A stretch of DNA of 63,148 bases, the filler included, from Pelomyxa schiedti (Eukaryota > Protista > Evosea): assembly GCA_020536535.1 (NCBI GenBank). It is 14 parts of 14 records of this genome, joined end to end, with 100 filler letters (N's around TTAATTAATTAA, not from the genome) between each part and the next. Parts side by side here need not be neighbours in the genome. Positions count along the whole stretch, not along the records: positions 1 to 29,159 come from JAHLWZ010000533.1; 13 more parts are not named here. The stretch is one strand, 5' to 3'. Positions 11,516-23,800 of the stretch are shown piece by piece (positions within the stretch are counted from its first letter, which is position 1; each line of letters opens with the position of its first letter). Below the pieces are notes generated by a model, which did no database searches, was not told the origin of the DNA, and saw only the letters and a program-made list of their open reading frames with translations. Position numbers and translations under genes: made by a program.

Positions 11516-12942
11516 TCATGGACTGAGGATAGAGTGGGATGAAACAGAGATAATGGTGGAACCCTCCAGTCTCAACACAACAGAGTTTGTTGCTGTGTCC
11601 ATGATGGTTGATGTGGGCACAAAACTGAGTGTGTCTGTCAGCAGAACCAGGCCATACCCAATCCATCTGAGGTTGCTGTGCCATGGTGGCACATGCAGTT
11701 TGTATTCTGGTGCTGTGGAATCATTTTCATTGAGGATGAGGGAATCAAGGGAATAGATGTTGATTGTTGTTGTGGAATTGGGATCCTCTTCTGCTTGTTG
11801 AAGGATATATTGTCTTGGAGCAACAGGAGTCATGATGGTCCATCCTCCACCATTGGTTGCCTTTGGGAGTGATATTTTTTTCCCCACAGTGGTTGGAGAC
11901 TCACAGCCTGCCTCTGTGTTTGTTTCCTGCACGAAAATCAAGTGTGGTGCTGCTCCTGAAAACATAACCGCGAGAGTGCCAGTCCTTGTGAGAAGCAGTC
12001 CACTTGCAGAGGACTCAGCTTGACGAATAAAACGGAAGGTTGGCCCCACAAAGGAGCCACTTGAGTGGGTGCTGGCAAGGTCCAGCTGACACACCCTCAC
12101 ACTCATTTCCTCCGCAGCAGTTCCAACCAGAGTCAGCACATCGCCTTTGGGTGGAAGATACCTTGTGAGATTGATGCTCCACTCAGTGGAAACAGGCAAT
12201 ATCAGCTTCCTCATTTCATCCAACTGCGGTTGGCTGTTCACAACCCTCCAAATCAGAAGTATCTTGCCAGTTATTGCAACAATCCAACGAGAGTTGCAGG
12301 TAATTTGAGGAGGGGGATAGAACGAGAACACCCAATTGAGGGTTGTCTTGACAACTGCTCCATCACTGGCAGTGTCCCAAACAACAGAAATACACGAACT
12401 TGAACCAAGTTTCGACTCTGAAACCAGCCAGGTGCTCTCATCAATGAACGAAAGCGGTGGATTCTCACACAGAATCTTCTTGGTCACTCCTTTTTTTTTT
12501 GTGTTAGTGAATTCACAAACCACAAACCCAAACCCAAAAGTCACTTTGGTGTCAACATACCCAGAGTCTCCGAGAGCCCGACGATACAGCAACAACAGCC
12601 ACGGTCGCCAGCCTGCGGCGTCACAACCAACCACGTCCTGGTTGTCATCACGTAGCGTGACAGGGCCACCAGCACCTCCTGAGTCAGTGCCATTGCCCTC
12701 ATCGACATTGACATTGACACCACTCCCCTGCTGCTGCTGGTTGTCATCACCCCCACTGTTGTTGTTGCTGTTGTCGTTGTTGTTGGCGTTTCTGCCGACG
12801 TTGGTGGTTGTTGTGAAGGGCATTGGTCATTGCTGCAGCGGCACAACGGTGATGGTGGACAAGGGGATGACTGTGTGCAGGCAACTAGTGCCATCATCTG
12901 GTCACGTGCCATCGTCCCTGTGGACTTGATGGGGGTGTCCAT
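11516..12942 (-). CDS. Member of lineage-specific expanded family A (N-terminal 'DQxxALxxx' motif plus beta-rich domain), 1 intron
   Basis: ORF 12541-12942 splices (GTATG...CTAAC...AG) into ORF 11516-12823, giving VGLSETLG|VTKKILC. Shares CNSRWIV and LDLASTHSSGSFV motifs with 55563-56939 and 57642-58887. Confidence 0.75.
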
Positions 12943-13312
12943 TTCTCAGAATTACAACCTCAAAGATGAGCCCCTCATATGGCTGAAGAAAATAAGCCAC
13001 CAAAACGCTGTGGTTTTCGTGTCATCGCCCAGTCTCCGCGGTCAAGTGTTTTTTTGATTCAGCCATATGATAAACACACAACCCACAATTACCCTGTGAA
13101 AACAAACCCCCCTTTTTTTGCAGGCAAAGCCTCAACACCCCAATATCACCTGTTGGAAGTGTTCCTTGTAGCTGCTGTGTTCTCTGCAGTCATCGATACC
13201 GTTCTGATCCCAAATAAACGGCAACAGCCCAGTACCCTTGACGCAAGAAGCACAGTAAACACAGGGAGAGTCTAACACAGAGCGCACATTTCCCGAAAAA
13301 GAGAAAAATTTA

Positions 13313-13384
13313 TAGCAGAGAGTAGTTTCGATCTACCGACCTGTGGGTTATGGGCCCACCACGCTTCCCCTGCGCCACTCTGCT
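13313..13384 (-). tRNA. Initiator tRNA-Met (CAT)
   Basis: AGCAGAGTGGCGCAGGGGAAGCGTGGTGGGCCCATAACCCACAGGTCGGTAGATCGAAACTACTCTCTGCTA: A1:U72 pair, G-C-rich anticodon stem, eukaryotic initiator T-loop ATCGAAA, oligo-T downstream. Confidence 0.97.
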
Positions 13385-13510
13385 TTCTTAGTTTATGAGA
13401 CAGGATCAGGTCGATGAGAATAATGGCTGCTCATTGAGGGGGAAAAGGGGGGAAAATGATTGGTATTATTGAGCAGCACAGCAGCCAGAAAGAAACAAAA
13501 AAAAAAGATT

Positions 13511-13582
13511 TTCCGATGCGGGGAATCGAACCCCGGGCTACAGAGTGAGAGTCTGTAATGTTACCAACTACACCACATCGGA
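13511..13582 (-). tRNA. tRNA-Glu (CTC)
   Basis: TCCGATGTGGTGTAGTTGGTAACATTACAGACTCTCACTCTGTAGCCCGGGGTTCGATTCCCCGCATCGGAA folds as a cloverleaf with anticodon CTC. Confidence 0.96.
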
Positions 13583-14058
13583 TGACACAGAGTGATGTTT
13601 CATGCTCTACCAAGTCGNNNNNNNNNNNNNNNNNNNNNNNNNNNNNNNNNNNNNNNNNNNNNNNNNNNNNNNNNNNNNNNNNNNNNNNNNNNNNNNNNNN
13701 NNNNNNNNNNNNNNNNNTAGAGAGAAGAAATTTGTTTGTTTTTAGAAACGGGTGAAGCAGCAGAAGAAAAATTAAGAGAGGAGGAGCCAACAACTACGAG
13801 GGTGTGCGGTAGTGGTATAGTGTTGGCCCACCCAAAAGGGTCCGCGAAGCGAACCACTCACTCCACACACTCTCACCCAACAAAACAAAACATGATGATG
13901 AGAGAGAGTGAGTGAGTGAGGAGGAGACAAAAAAAAAACCAAGTTGCACCACACAACCACACACCTCGAACGATGATGGTGAAAGAAGTATTTTGAGTGG
14001 CGGCAGCAGCCAGTAGTGTCCAAAACTGAACGAGCTTGAGAAAGTCAACAAAATTGAA

Positions 14059-14129
14059 GCACTTGTGGTCTAGTGGCAGAATCCTCGCCTCCCACGCGAG
14101 GGACCCGGATTCGATTTCCGGCAAGTGCA
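14059..14129 (+). tRNA. tRNA-Gly (CCC)
   Basis: GCACTTGTGGTCTAGTGGCAGAATCCTCGCCTCCCACGCGAGGGACCCGGATTCGATTTCCGGCAAGTGCA: anticodon stem CTCGC/GCGAG, anticodon CCC. Confidence 0.95.
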
Positions 14130-14376
14130 TCTCTCTATTATTTGGTGGTTGCATTTATTTTTTTCTCTGGTGCTGTGTGTGAGTGCTGCTGTTTTCTTTT
14201 TTTCCTCTCCTCCTCCTCTTCCTCCTCAAACAAAGAAGCTTTTTTGGCTGCTGGAGGTGTGTATGTAGTAGCAGGTTCAATAAAAATTAAATATTTCACA
14301 AAACAGAGGAGAAGGAAACGCAGCAGCAAGCAGGAAAGGGAAAGGAGGGAGGGAAAAAAAAAAAGAGAAAAATTTA

Positions 14377-14448
14377 TAGCAGAGAGTAGTTTCGATCTAC
14401 CGACCTGTGGGTTATGGGCCCACCACGCTTCCCCTGCGCCACTCTGCT
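14377..14448 (-). tRNA. Initiator tRNA-Met (CAT), second copy
   Basis: Identical to 13313-13384. Confidence 0.96.
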
Positions 14449-14576
14449 TTCTTAATTTAAGAGACAGGATCAGGTCGAGGAGAATAATGGCTGCTCATTG
14501 AGGGGAAAAAGGGGGGAAAATGATTGGTATTATTGAGCAGAAACGAAGAAGAAGAAGAAAAAAAAAAAAAAAGATT

Positions 14577-14648
14577 TTCCGATGCGGGGAATCGAACCCC
14601 GGGCTACAGAGTGAGAGTCTGTAATGTTACCAACTACACCACATCGGA
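14577..14648 (-). tRNA. tRNA-Glu (CTC), second copy
   Basis: Identical to 13511-13582. Confidence 0.96.
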
Positions 14649-14878
14649 TGACACAGAGTGATGTTTCATGCTCTACCAAGTCGTCCGCTACCCTAGAGAG
14701 AAGAAATTTGTTTGTTTTTAGAAACGGGTGAAGCAGCAGAAGAAAAATTAAGAGAGGAGGAGCCAACAACTACGAGGGTGTGCGGTAGTGGTATAGTGTT
14801 GGCCCACCCAAAAGTGGTTCGCTTCGCGGACCCTTTTGGGTGGTTACCTTTTCTTTTTGTTCAAATTATCTTCGTACA

Positions 14879-17800
14879 TCAACTTTTACTGGGTGGTTTT
14901 GTTCCTACAGTTAATCTTCTGTCCAGTAGTCCTCCATCCTTTTTCTTATCTAGCCATTTGCCACATGGGAAGTACCATTCCTTAGTCTCGGTTGATACTG
15001 TAATGCTGTCCAGAAGCCATCCTGGCCGAAGTCCCTATTACATAGCTTGTTAGATGGATATTTAATTTTGACTGGGCAAGTGTACATGGTTGTCATGCCA
15101 GATATGAACTTCGGTAAGTTCTCCTAAATCGGGTATTTCAAACTGGAACTCTGATTCATCCCCTGGTTTGAATCCCTTCTTCTTATCCAGTGACTGGGCA
15201 CCACTACGGCCGGTAGCAGAAATAAGTTCACAGCTAACATGGGCATTGGTTCCGGCCTTTTTATCTTGTCCAGTAACAACTAGAACCTCATAGTTGACAA
15301 GCGGTACTATGGAAGCTCCCTCCGATGTTGATGCATTTATGGTACGCACAATAAGGTGGTCATCTTCTGATTTGTCGAACCACTTATTGATGTTGAAGAA
15401 CCACTTATCATGAGTTCCATCTTTGCTCACTATCACCTTCTCGCAATGCCAACCTGAGGAAGGTTAGGGTACTTTTAACTTTATGTAAGTAGATTACCAG
15501 CACTGAAGCCCTTGCCGTCATGCCCGATGTCCATTTTTATGACTTGGCCAACATCTGGTGCCTCAATACCGAAAATGTCCACACTTCCTTTTTGGAATGA
15601 CTTGCGCCTGTCTGGCATGAACATTTGCCCTGTATTTGACGTAGCACCATATAGTACAATAAATATATTTGCATCAGTGCCGGCACCCCTCCTGTTTGAT
15701 GTGTGGATTTCAAAGGTGTATTCACACCAACCAGAGCCTCCTGGAGGTGGTGGGCCAACAGCAACCGATAAATCCCTTTCAATTCTGTGATCATCTTCCT
15801 TGAGAGAAAACCATCTTTGGCAGAGGAAAGTCCATGATCGAGGATTAGGTATAGCAGCAGAAGCCTCCTCAGCAACTACAACGCGATCCAAGTACCAAGC
15901 AGCACCAAAACCACTGTTATCGTGTCCAATAGTAACTCTGTTGAGCTCACCTAAATCCACTGTTTCTATCCCAAAGGTATCTGTCTTATTTCTTTCAAAG
16001 GAGCCAGATGGGCCATCCAAAAACTGCTTTTTGGAAGCTCCTTTAGAACCGTATAACGAAATGTAAACTCCAGCATCAGTTCCTGCACCACGTAGATTAC
16101 CTGTATAAGTGGAAACAATATAGTGCTTGATAGGAAGGGATGCAGTTCCATCCTTGGCACATGCAATTAACTCGCGCTCTATTTTCCCATCATCTTCACC
16201 TTTGGCTAGCCATTGTCCGCACAAGAAGAACCACTCCTTTCCTCCCTTCTTCTCCTCCCTGATTATAACCTTATCTAGGAACCAAGCTGAAGTAATCCCA
16301 CTGTTATCGTGGCGAATCTTGATCTTCTGCAAATCGCCAAGTTCGAGGCACTCTATTCCAAAGGAAGACTCAGTTGCACGCCCGAATCCACTGCCTCGTG
16401 CTTCTAATTGCTGTTCTCCACTGTCTGCAGTCGCACTGAAAAGAGTGATGAATACACGAGCATTTGTCCCAGCACCACGCCTATCACCAGTGAAGACATT
16501 GATACGGTAGATACGGACGGGAACAGATGCATCCCCATCTCTAGCACTTGGTTCAAGTTCTCTCTCAATAAGATGATCCTCCATGTCTTTGGAGAACCAC
16601 TTGCCACATAAAAAGTTGGTAACACTTCCAGATTCCTCTTCTATGACTTTCACCTAAAAGCCTGTGAGATAGGATGTTATGAAGGAGGATAAAATACCTT
16701 TTCTAGGAACCAGGCTGGACCAAAGCCACTATTGTCATGCCCAATAACAAGCTTTTTCAAGGGGCCAAGGTCACCTTCCTCAAACCCAAATTTATCTAGC
16801 TTGTTTCGCTCAAAACTTCCAGAAATACCATCAAGGGTGTGCTTTTCAGACACCCCCTTTTGCCCATGCAAAATCACATAAACTTGGGCATCTGTTCCAG
16901 CTCCTCGTCTGTCACCTGTTTGAACTTCCACGCGATAGTGGCGAACGTCACTGGCCGATGGAATGTCGCGGGCTGTAGGTACTAATTCTTTAGAAAGCCC
17001 AGTCGCTTTATTGAGCCATTGATTGCAGGGGAAGACCCAAGTTTTTCCTCCTAGTTCTTCCACGATCACCTATCGGGGCTTATTAGAAAGGGAAATCTAA
17101 AAAGGTAAGAAAAGTACTTTGTCAAGGAACCAGTCCGCTCCAATGCCAAAGTTGTCATGCCAAATTCGTAGTGACTGGAGCTCTCCCAGCTTCTCACACT
17201 CAAAACCAAATACATCACTCTTCCCTCGTTCAAAACAGTTTCCTGCACCCTCTAGTTTCTTGTTACCTGTGGACTTTTCTTCCTCTCCAGTTATGTTGAC
17301 AAACACATTCGCATCGGTTCCAGCACCTCTTCTGTTTCCAGTGACAGTTGTTACTTTGTATTGTACCCAGGGCAAGGAGGCTACGCCGTCGTTGGCCATA
17401 GCAGGGAGTTCTCTTTCAATAAGACCTCCGTCTTTATGCTTGGAAAGCCACTTTCCACATAAGAAATACCAAACGGCGGGGCTGTCAGCCTCCTTGACAA
17501 TTACCTTGTCCAGGTACCATGATCCCCCAAATCCACTGTTATCATGTCCAATTGCAATCTTGGATAGAGGCCCCAAATCCACGCATTCCAGAGTGAATTC
17601 ATCTGTTCTTCCCCTCTCAAATCTGTCTCCAGGCCCATCAAGGAAGTTTTTCGCCGATACTCCCTTTTCTCCATGTAGAATGATGTAAACATTTGAATCG
17701 GTTCCTGCGCCACGCATGTCACCAGTTTTTACAAATATGGTGTAGGACTTGAGTGCAGCACAGCTTTGACCGTCTACTGTTTGAGGAACAAGGGTCTTTC

Positions 17801-20800
17801 TAATAGAGGGATTTGGATCTGAGTCCATAGAGGATTTGCTCAACCACTTTCCGCATAAGAAGAACCACTTCCTTGCATCAGTTGGCACATCCTCTTCTAC
17901 AATCACCTTGGGATTTATTTAGCTATTACAAAAGAGTGGAAAAGGGAAACCTTATCAAGGAACCAAGCCGAACCAAAACCAGAACCATCGTGCCAAATAT
18001 CTAGGGAAACTAGATCTCCCAATGACTCACACTCAATTCCAAATTTATCTTCAGACTTCCTGTCGAAACAGGTTCCTTTACTTAAGAGTTTCTTTTCCCC
18101 TGAAGTTCCAGTTGTTCCACGTATATCCACAAAGACATTTGCGTCAGTACCAGCTCCTTTTCTATCACCAGTTTTGGTTGTAATGATATACCGTACCCAA
18201 GCACCAGGTCCGGTTCCTTCCTTTAAAATTGCAGGAAGTGTCCTCTCGGTAGCACCATCTTCTTCATCCTTGGCTAGCCATCTGCCACACATGAAGTATA
18301 TAGGAGATGGTGGCGTAGATATGGCAGCAGTATCAGGACCGGCTGACAATTCCTCTTGCACTATAACCTCATCTAAGAACCACGCACTCCCAAGGCCGCT
18401 TCCATCATGCCCAATAGTGACACTCTTCAATTCTCCCAAGTCAACACACTCAACCAAAAATATGTCCCTTTTGCCTCTCTCGAATCTGTTTCCAGGTCCA
18501 TCCAAGAACTGCTTTGCCGAATCTCCAAGTGAGCCATGTATAATTACATACACATTTGCATCAGTTCCAGCACCACGTCTGTTTCCGGTAATAGTAGTGA
18601 CCTTATATTTTTTAAGAGGTGCACATGCAACTCCATCTTGATTTCTGGCGGGTAGTTCTCGAATTATTTGCTTATCGTCTTCATTATCAGCCAGCCATCT
18701 GCCACATAAGAAAAAGGATTCTTTTCCAGCTCTCTCACCATCCTCCTCTTTGACAATGACCTTGTCAAGGAACCACCCAGCACTCAAACCACTATTATCA
18801 TGTCCGATTATCAATTTCTTAAGCTCGCCTATATCAGGGCACTCAACTCCGAACACACTGTCCTTGTTTCTTGCAAAAGCATCTCCACCACCATCCAATT
18901 GTTTTTGTCCACTGGTTCCAGTTGCACCCACAAGTTCCACAAATACATTTGCATCCGTCCCAGCACCTCTACGGTCTCCAGTATGTATCAGGAGCCGGTA
19001 ATGACAGAGTGGAAGTGAAGCCAACCTAGCTGCCGCACCAGAGTCAGGTTCGGGAGTAAGTTCTCTCTCGATGAGGTGGTCTTCAGAGTCTTTTGACAAC
19101 CACTTTCCACATAAGAAGTGCCATGCAGCACCTGAAGCTTCTTCAGAGACGATAACCTAAGAGGATGATTAAAGCTTGGTTTTAATGAAAATTGCAATAT
19201 GGCACACTTTATCTAAGAACCAAGCTGATCCAACGCCGGTGCCATCATGGCCTATGATGAGTTTGGTTAGGGTACCTAAATCAGGTGCCTCAACACCAAA
19301 TACATCCACATGCTTTCTCTCAAAACAGTTTCCTGGGCCATCCAAAGAGCACTTCTGAGAAACACCTTTGTCGCCGTGTAGAATGGCATAAACATTTGCA
19401 TCAGTGCCAGCACCTCTCCTGTCACCTGTGTGAACCGCAATCCGATATCTCCTCAATGGTGGTGAGCCGGGTCCGTCGTGTGCAACAGCAACCAACTCTC
19501 GTTGCAGTTCGGTGGATCGTGACAACCAATCTCCGCACAGGAAGAACCACTTGTGCCCGTTCACGATGTCTTCCTCAACAATTACCTGCACGAATTTAGT
19601 TCAAAGACAGGAGGGGAAAAATGGAACCTTTTCCAAGAACCAAGCTCCTCCAAATCCACTGCTGTCATTTCTCACAATGACTGACTTCAAAGCACCCAAT
19701 TTCTCACATTCCACACCAAACACATCACTCTGTGCTCTCTCAAAACAGTTTCCTGCAGCTTCCAATTTCTTTTCTCCACTGTTTTTCCCTTCGGAATCAA
19801 CAAGAGTGATGAATATGTTCGCATCAGTGCCGGCACCTCTTCTGTCACCAGTCACAGTGGTGACTCTGTATCTCATCAATGGCAATGATGCAACTCCATC
19901 AGTGGGAAGTGCTGGAAGTTCTCGTACAATCAAGTGGTCGTCGTCGGACTTCGACAACCATTTCCCACACAAGAAGTACCAAATTCCTCCTCCTTCCATT
20001 TCTTGAACTATCACCTTATCCAAAAACCAGGAGGCGCCAAATCCACTGTTGTCATGTCCAATGATAATCTTTGATAAAGAGCCCAAATCCGCACATTCCA
20101 GGCCAAATTCGTCAGCTCTGCCTCGTTCAAAGCGATTTCCAGGTCCATCAAGTTTGGATTTTGGTGATACCGCTTTGTCACCAAACATTATTATGTAGAC
20201 ATTTGCATCAGTTCCAGCACCACGCCTGTCACCAGTGACGGTTGTTACCCTGTAATGTTTGAGAGCCGGACAACTTATCCCATCAGATAGAGATGCAGTT
20301 AGAGTTTTCTTCAGAGAAGGGGGCTGGTTCTCAGTCTCTTCAACAACTTCCTTGCTCAGCCACTGTCCACATAAAAAGAACCACTGCCGTCCTGTAGGGC
20401 GATCTTCTTGTATTATCACCTTGAGAATGGTCAATTCTGGTATTTTAAAACAGATAGTTGTTCACCTTATCAAGGAACCAGGCAGCTCCAAGTCCACTAT
20501 TATCGTGCCATATTTCCATCTCTGTCAAATCTCCAAGGTCAGCACATTCAATAGAAAACTTGTCTTTTGCCCTTCGTTCAAAACAATTGCCGCTTCCTTC
20601 TAGTTTTCTCTGCCCTGAAGTTCCTGACTTGCCATGAATGTCAACAAAAACATTGGCATCAGTTCCGGCACCCCTTCGATCACCTGTGATGGTTGTGATT
20701 ATGTAACGTACCCAAGCTGCAGAGGAGCCTCCATCTTCACTTGACCCTGGTAGGGTTCTTTCTGTGAGTCCATCTTCTTCATTTGTTCCAAGCCATCTGC

Positions 20801-23800
20801 CGCACATGAAATAAACAGGAGGCTTTCCAGTAGTGGATCCTTCAACTGCTGACAGGGACTCCTCCTGTACTATAACTTTTTCCAGGAACCAAGCACTCCC
20901 AAATCCTGTCCCGTCATGTCCAATGGTAACGCTCTTCAATTCACCCAAGTCAACACACTCTACAGCAAATAAATCAGTTTTGCCTCGCTCGAACTTGTTT
21001 CCAGGTCCATCCAAGACTTGCTTTGCTGAATCACCGGTAGCACCATGTATGATGATATACACATTTGAATCGGTTCCAGCACCACGTCTGTTTCCTGTTA
21101 CTGTAGAAACCTTGTACCTTTTAAGAGGTGCACATGCAACTCCATCTTGGGTTCTGCCGGGTAGCTCTCGAATTATTTGCTTATCATCTTCATTATCAGC
21201 CAGCCATCTGCCACACAGAAAATAGGTCTCCTTTCCGGCTCTATCTCCATCCTCCTCTTTGACAATTACCTTATCAAGGAACCATCCAGCACCAATGCCA
21301 CTATTATCATGTCCGATGATTAATTTTCTGAGAGGGCCAACATCGGGGCATTCTATACCAAATTCACTGTCCTTACCCCTTGCAAATGGATCATCAGGAC
21401 CATCCAGTTGCCGCTGTCCACTGGTACCAGATTCTCCACAGAGTTCGATAAACACATTGGCACTGGTACCTGCTCCCCTTCTGTCACCAGTCTTAACTGT
21501 CAGGGTATATTGCCTTAGTGGAACACATGATCTGGCATCAGCAGTAGCATCTTCGGGAAGAGGCACAAGTTCTCTTTCTAGAAGGTGGTCATCACATTGC
21601 TTGGATAACCATTTTCCACACAGGAAGTTCCAGATAGCCCCAGAATTTTCTTCAGTGACTACAACCTACATTTATTAGAAATTGTTGTAATCAACTGGAC
21701 TGCAACCTTATCCAGGAACCAAGCAGAACCAAAACCAGCACCATCATGACCAATGATGAGTTTTCGTATAGGACCCAAGTCAACTGCCTGCACACTGAAG
21801 ATGTCCACATGTTTTCTCTCAAAACAGTTTCCTGGACCTTCTAGTGCATATTTCTTTGAAACACCTTTGTCACCATGCAGAATGGCGTAAACATTTGCAT
21901 CAGTGCCAGCACCTCTCCTGTCACCTGTGTGAACCGCAATCCGATATCTCCTCAATGGTGGTGAGCCGGGTCCGTCGTGTGCAACAGCAACCAACTCTCG
22001 TTGCAGTTCGGTGGATCGTGACAACCAATCTCCGCACAGGAAGAACCACTTGTGTCCATTGGCAATATCTTCTTCAACAATAATCTACATTCTTTTGTAA
22101 GTTCGAAAGAAATAAGAAAAAATGGAACCTTTTCCAAGAACCAAGCTCCTCCAAATCCACTGCTGTCATTTCTCACAATGACTGACTTCAAAATACCCAA
22201 TTTATCGCATTCCACGCCAAACACATCACTCTGTGCTCTCTCAAAACAGTTTCCTGCAGCTTCCAATTTCTTTTCTCCACTGCTTTTCCCCTCTTCACAA
22301 CTGATCAGGTTGATGAATATGTTCGCATCAGTGCCGGCACCTCTTCTGTCACCAGTCACAGTGGTGACTCTGTATCTCATCAATGGCAATGATGCAACTC
22401 CATCAGTGGAAAGTGCTGGAAGTTCTCTTTCAATCAAGTGGTCGTCATCGTGTTTAGATAACCATTTCCCACACAGGAAGTACCAGGTGTTAGGGACCTC
22501 TAACTCCTGAACAATAACTTTATCCAAAAACCAGGAAGCGCCAAATCCACTGTTGTCATGTCCAATTACAATTTTGGTTAGAGCACCTAAATCCACACAT
22601 TCCAGGCCAAATTCATCTGATCTGTTTCTTTCAAACAGGTTTCCAGGTCCATCCAGTATAGTTTTTGGTGAAGTTCCTTTTTCTCCATAGATTGTGATAT
22701 AAACGTTTGCATCAGTGCCAGCACCTCTTCTGTCACCAGTAATTGTTGTAATACGGTAGTGCTTAAGTGCTGCACAACTAGTACCATCCGTAGATTGAGG
22801 GGTAAGAGTTTTTCTGAGTGAAGCTTGCTGCTCAGCACCACCTGCAGTTTCATCCTCAACAGGTTTGTTGCTCAGCCACTGCCCACACAAGAAGAACCAG
22901 CGCAGTCCGCACCTTGGATATTCTTCCTCAACTATAATCTTTGGACCATGGTGAATTAAAATAGTTATGGTATTTTAGTAGTACCTTGTCCAAGAACCAG
23001 GCAGAGCCAAATCCAGACCCATCATGCCATACATCAAGAGATTGTAGATCACCAATTGCCGCACATTCAATCCCAAATTTGTCCACGTTCTTTCTTTCAA
23101 AGCAGTTTCCGCTGCCTTCAAGCTTCCTGGGACCAGTGCTTCCCTCAGCTCCTTTGATGTCAACAAACACATTGGCGTCAGTCCCTGCCCCTCTCCTATC
23201 ACCAGTAACTGTAGAAACTATGTATCGTGCCCAGGGATGAGAAGGGCCACCATCTTCTCGTATAGCATCTAGCTTTCTCTCTATCAAGCCGTCATCTTCA
23301 TTCTTTGCCAACCACCTGCGGCACATGAAGAAAAGAGGTGAAGGTGCTGGAGAAGCTGGGTCAGAAGGCTCTTCTTGTACAATAACTTTTTCGAGGAACC
23401 AGGCTGCCCCCACTCCAGAATTATCATGTCCGATTGTTAGGCTGGTAACATCACCTAAGTCGACACATTCCAGAGAAAATACATCGGACTTGTCCCGCTC
23501 AAATCGGTTTCCAGGTCCATCTAGAACCTGTTGAGCTGAATTCCCCTGAGTACCATGTAGTATAACATATACATTGGCATCAGTACCAGCACCACGCCTA
23601 TTTCCAGTGACTGTGGTGATCCTATATTTTTTCAGAGGAGCACAGGCGATCCCGTCTTTGGTTCTTGCTGGAATTTCTCGTACTATTTGGTTGTCATCTT
23701 CATTATCAGCTAGCCACCTTCCACACAAGAAATAAGTCTCTCGGCCGGCATTATCGCCATCCTCTTCTCTAATAATAACTTTGTCAAGGAACCACCCAGC

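Larger units (their letters stand above)
13296..14843. repeat. Tandem duplication of an iMet-Glu-spacer unit (~13296-13838 and ~14360-14814) flanking tRNA-Gly
   Basis: Near-identical tRNAs and spacers, with a few SNPs and A-rich length differences between copies. The N gap at 13618-13717 corresponds to only ~10 bp in copy 2. Confidence 0.9.

Noticed and set aside
13785-13827. 5S rRNA remnant (minus strand GCCAACACTATACCAC...GTTGTTGGC)
   Set aside because: Only ~42 nt with superficial end similarity; no internal 5S control region.
13965-14035. C/D-box snoRNA upstream of tRNA-Gly
   Set aside because: The C box is imperfect (ATGATGG), and the rRNA-like words are sense rather than antisense.
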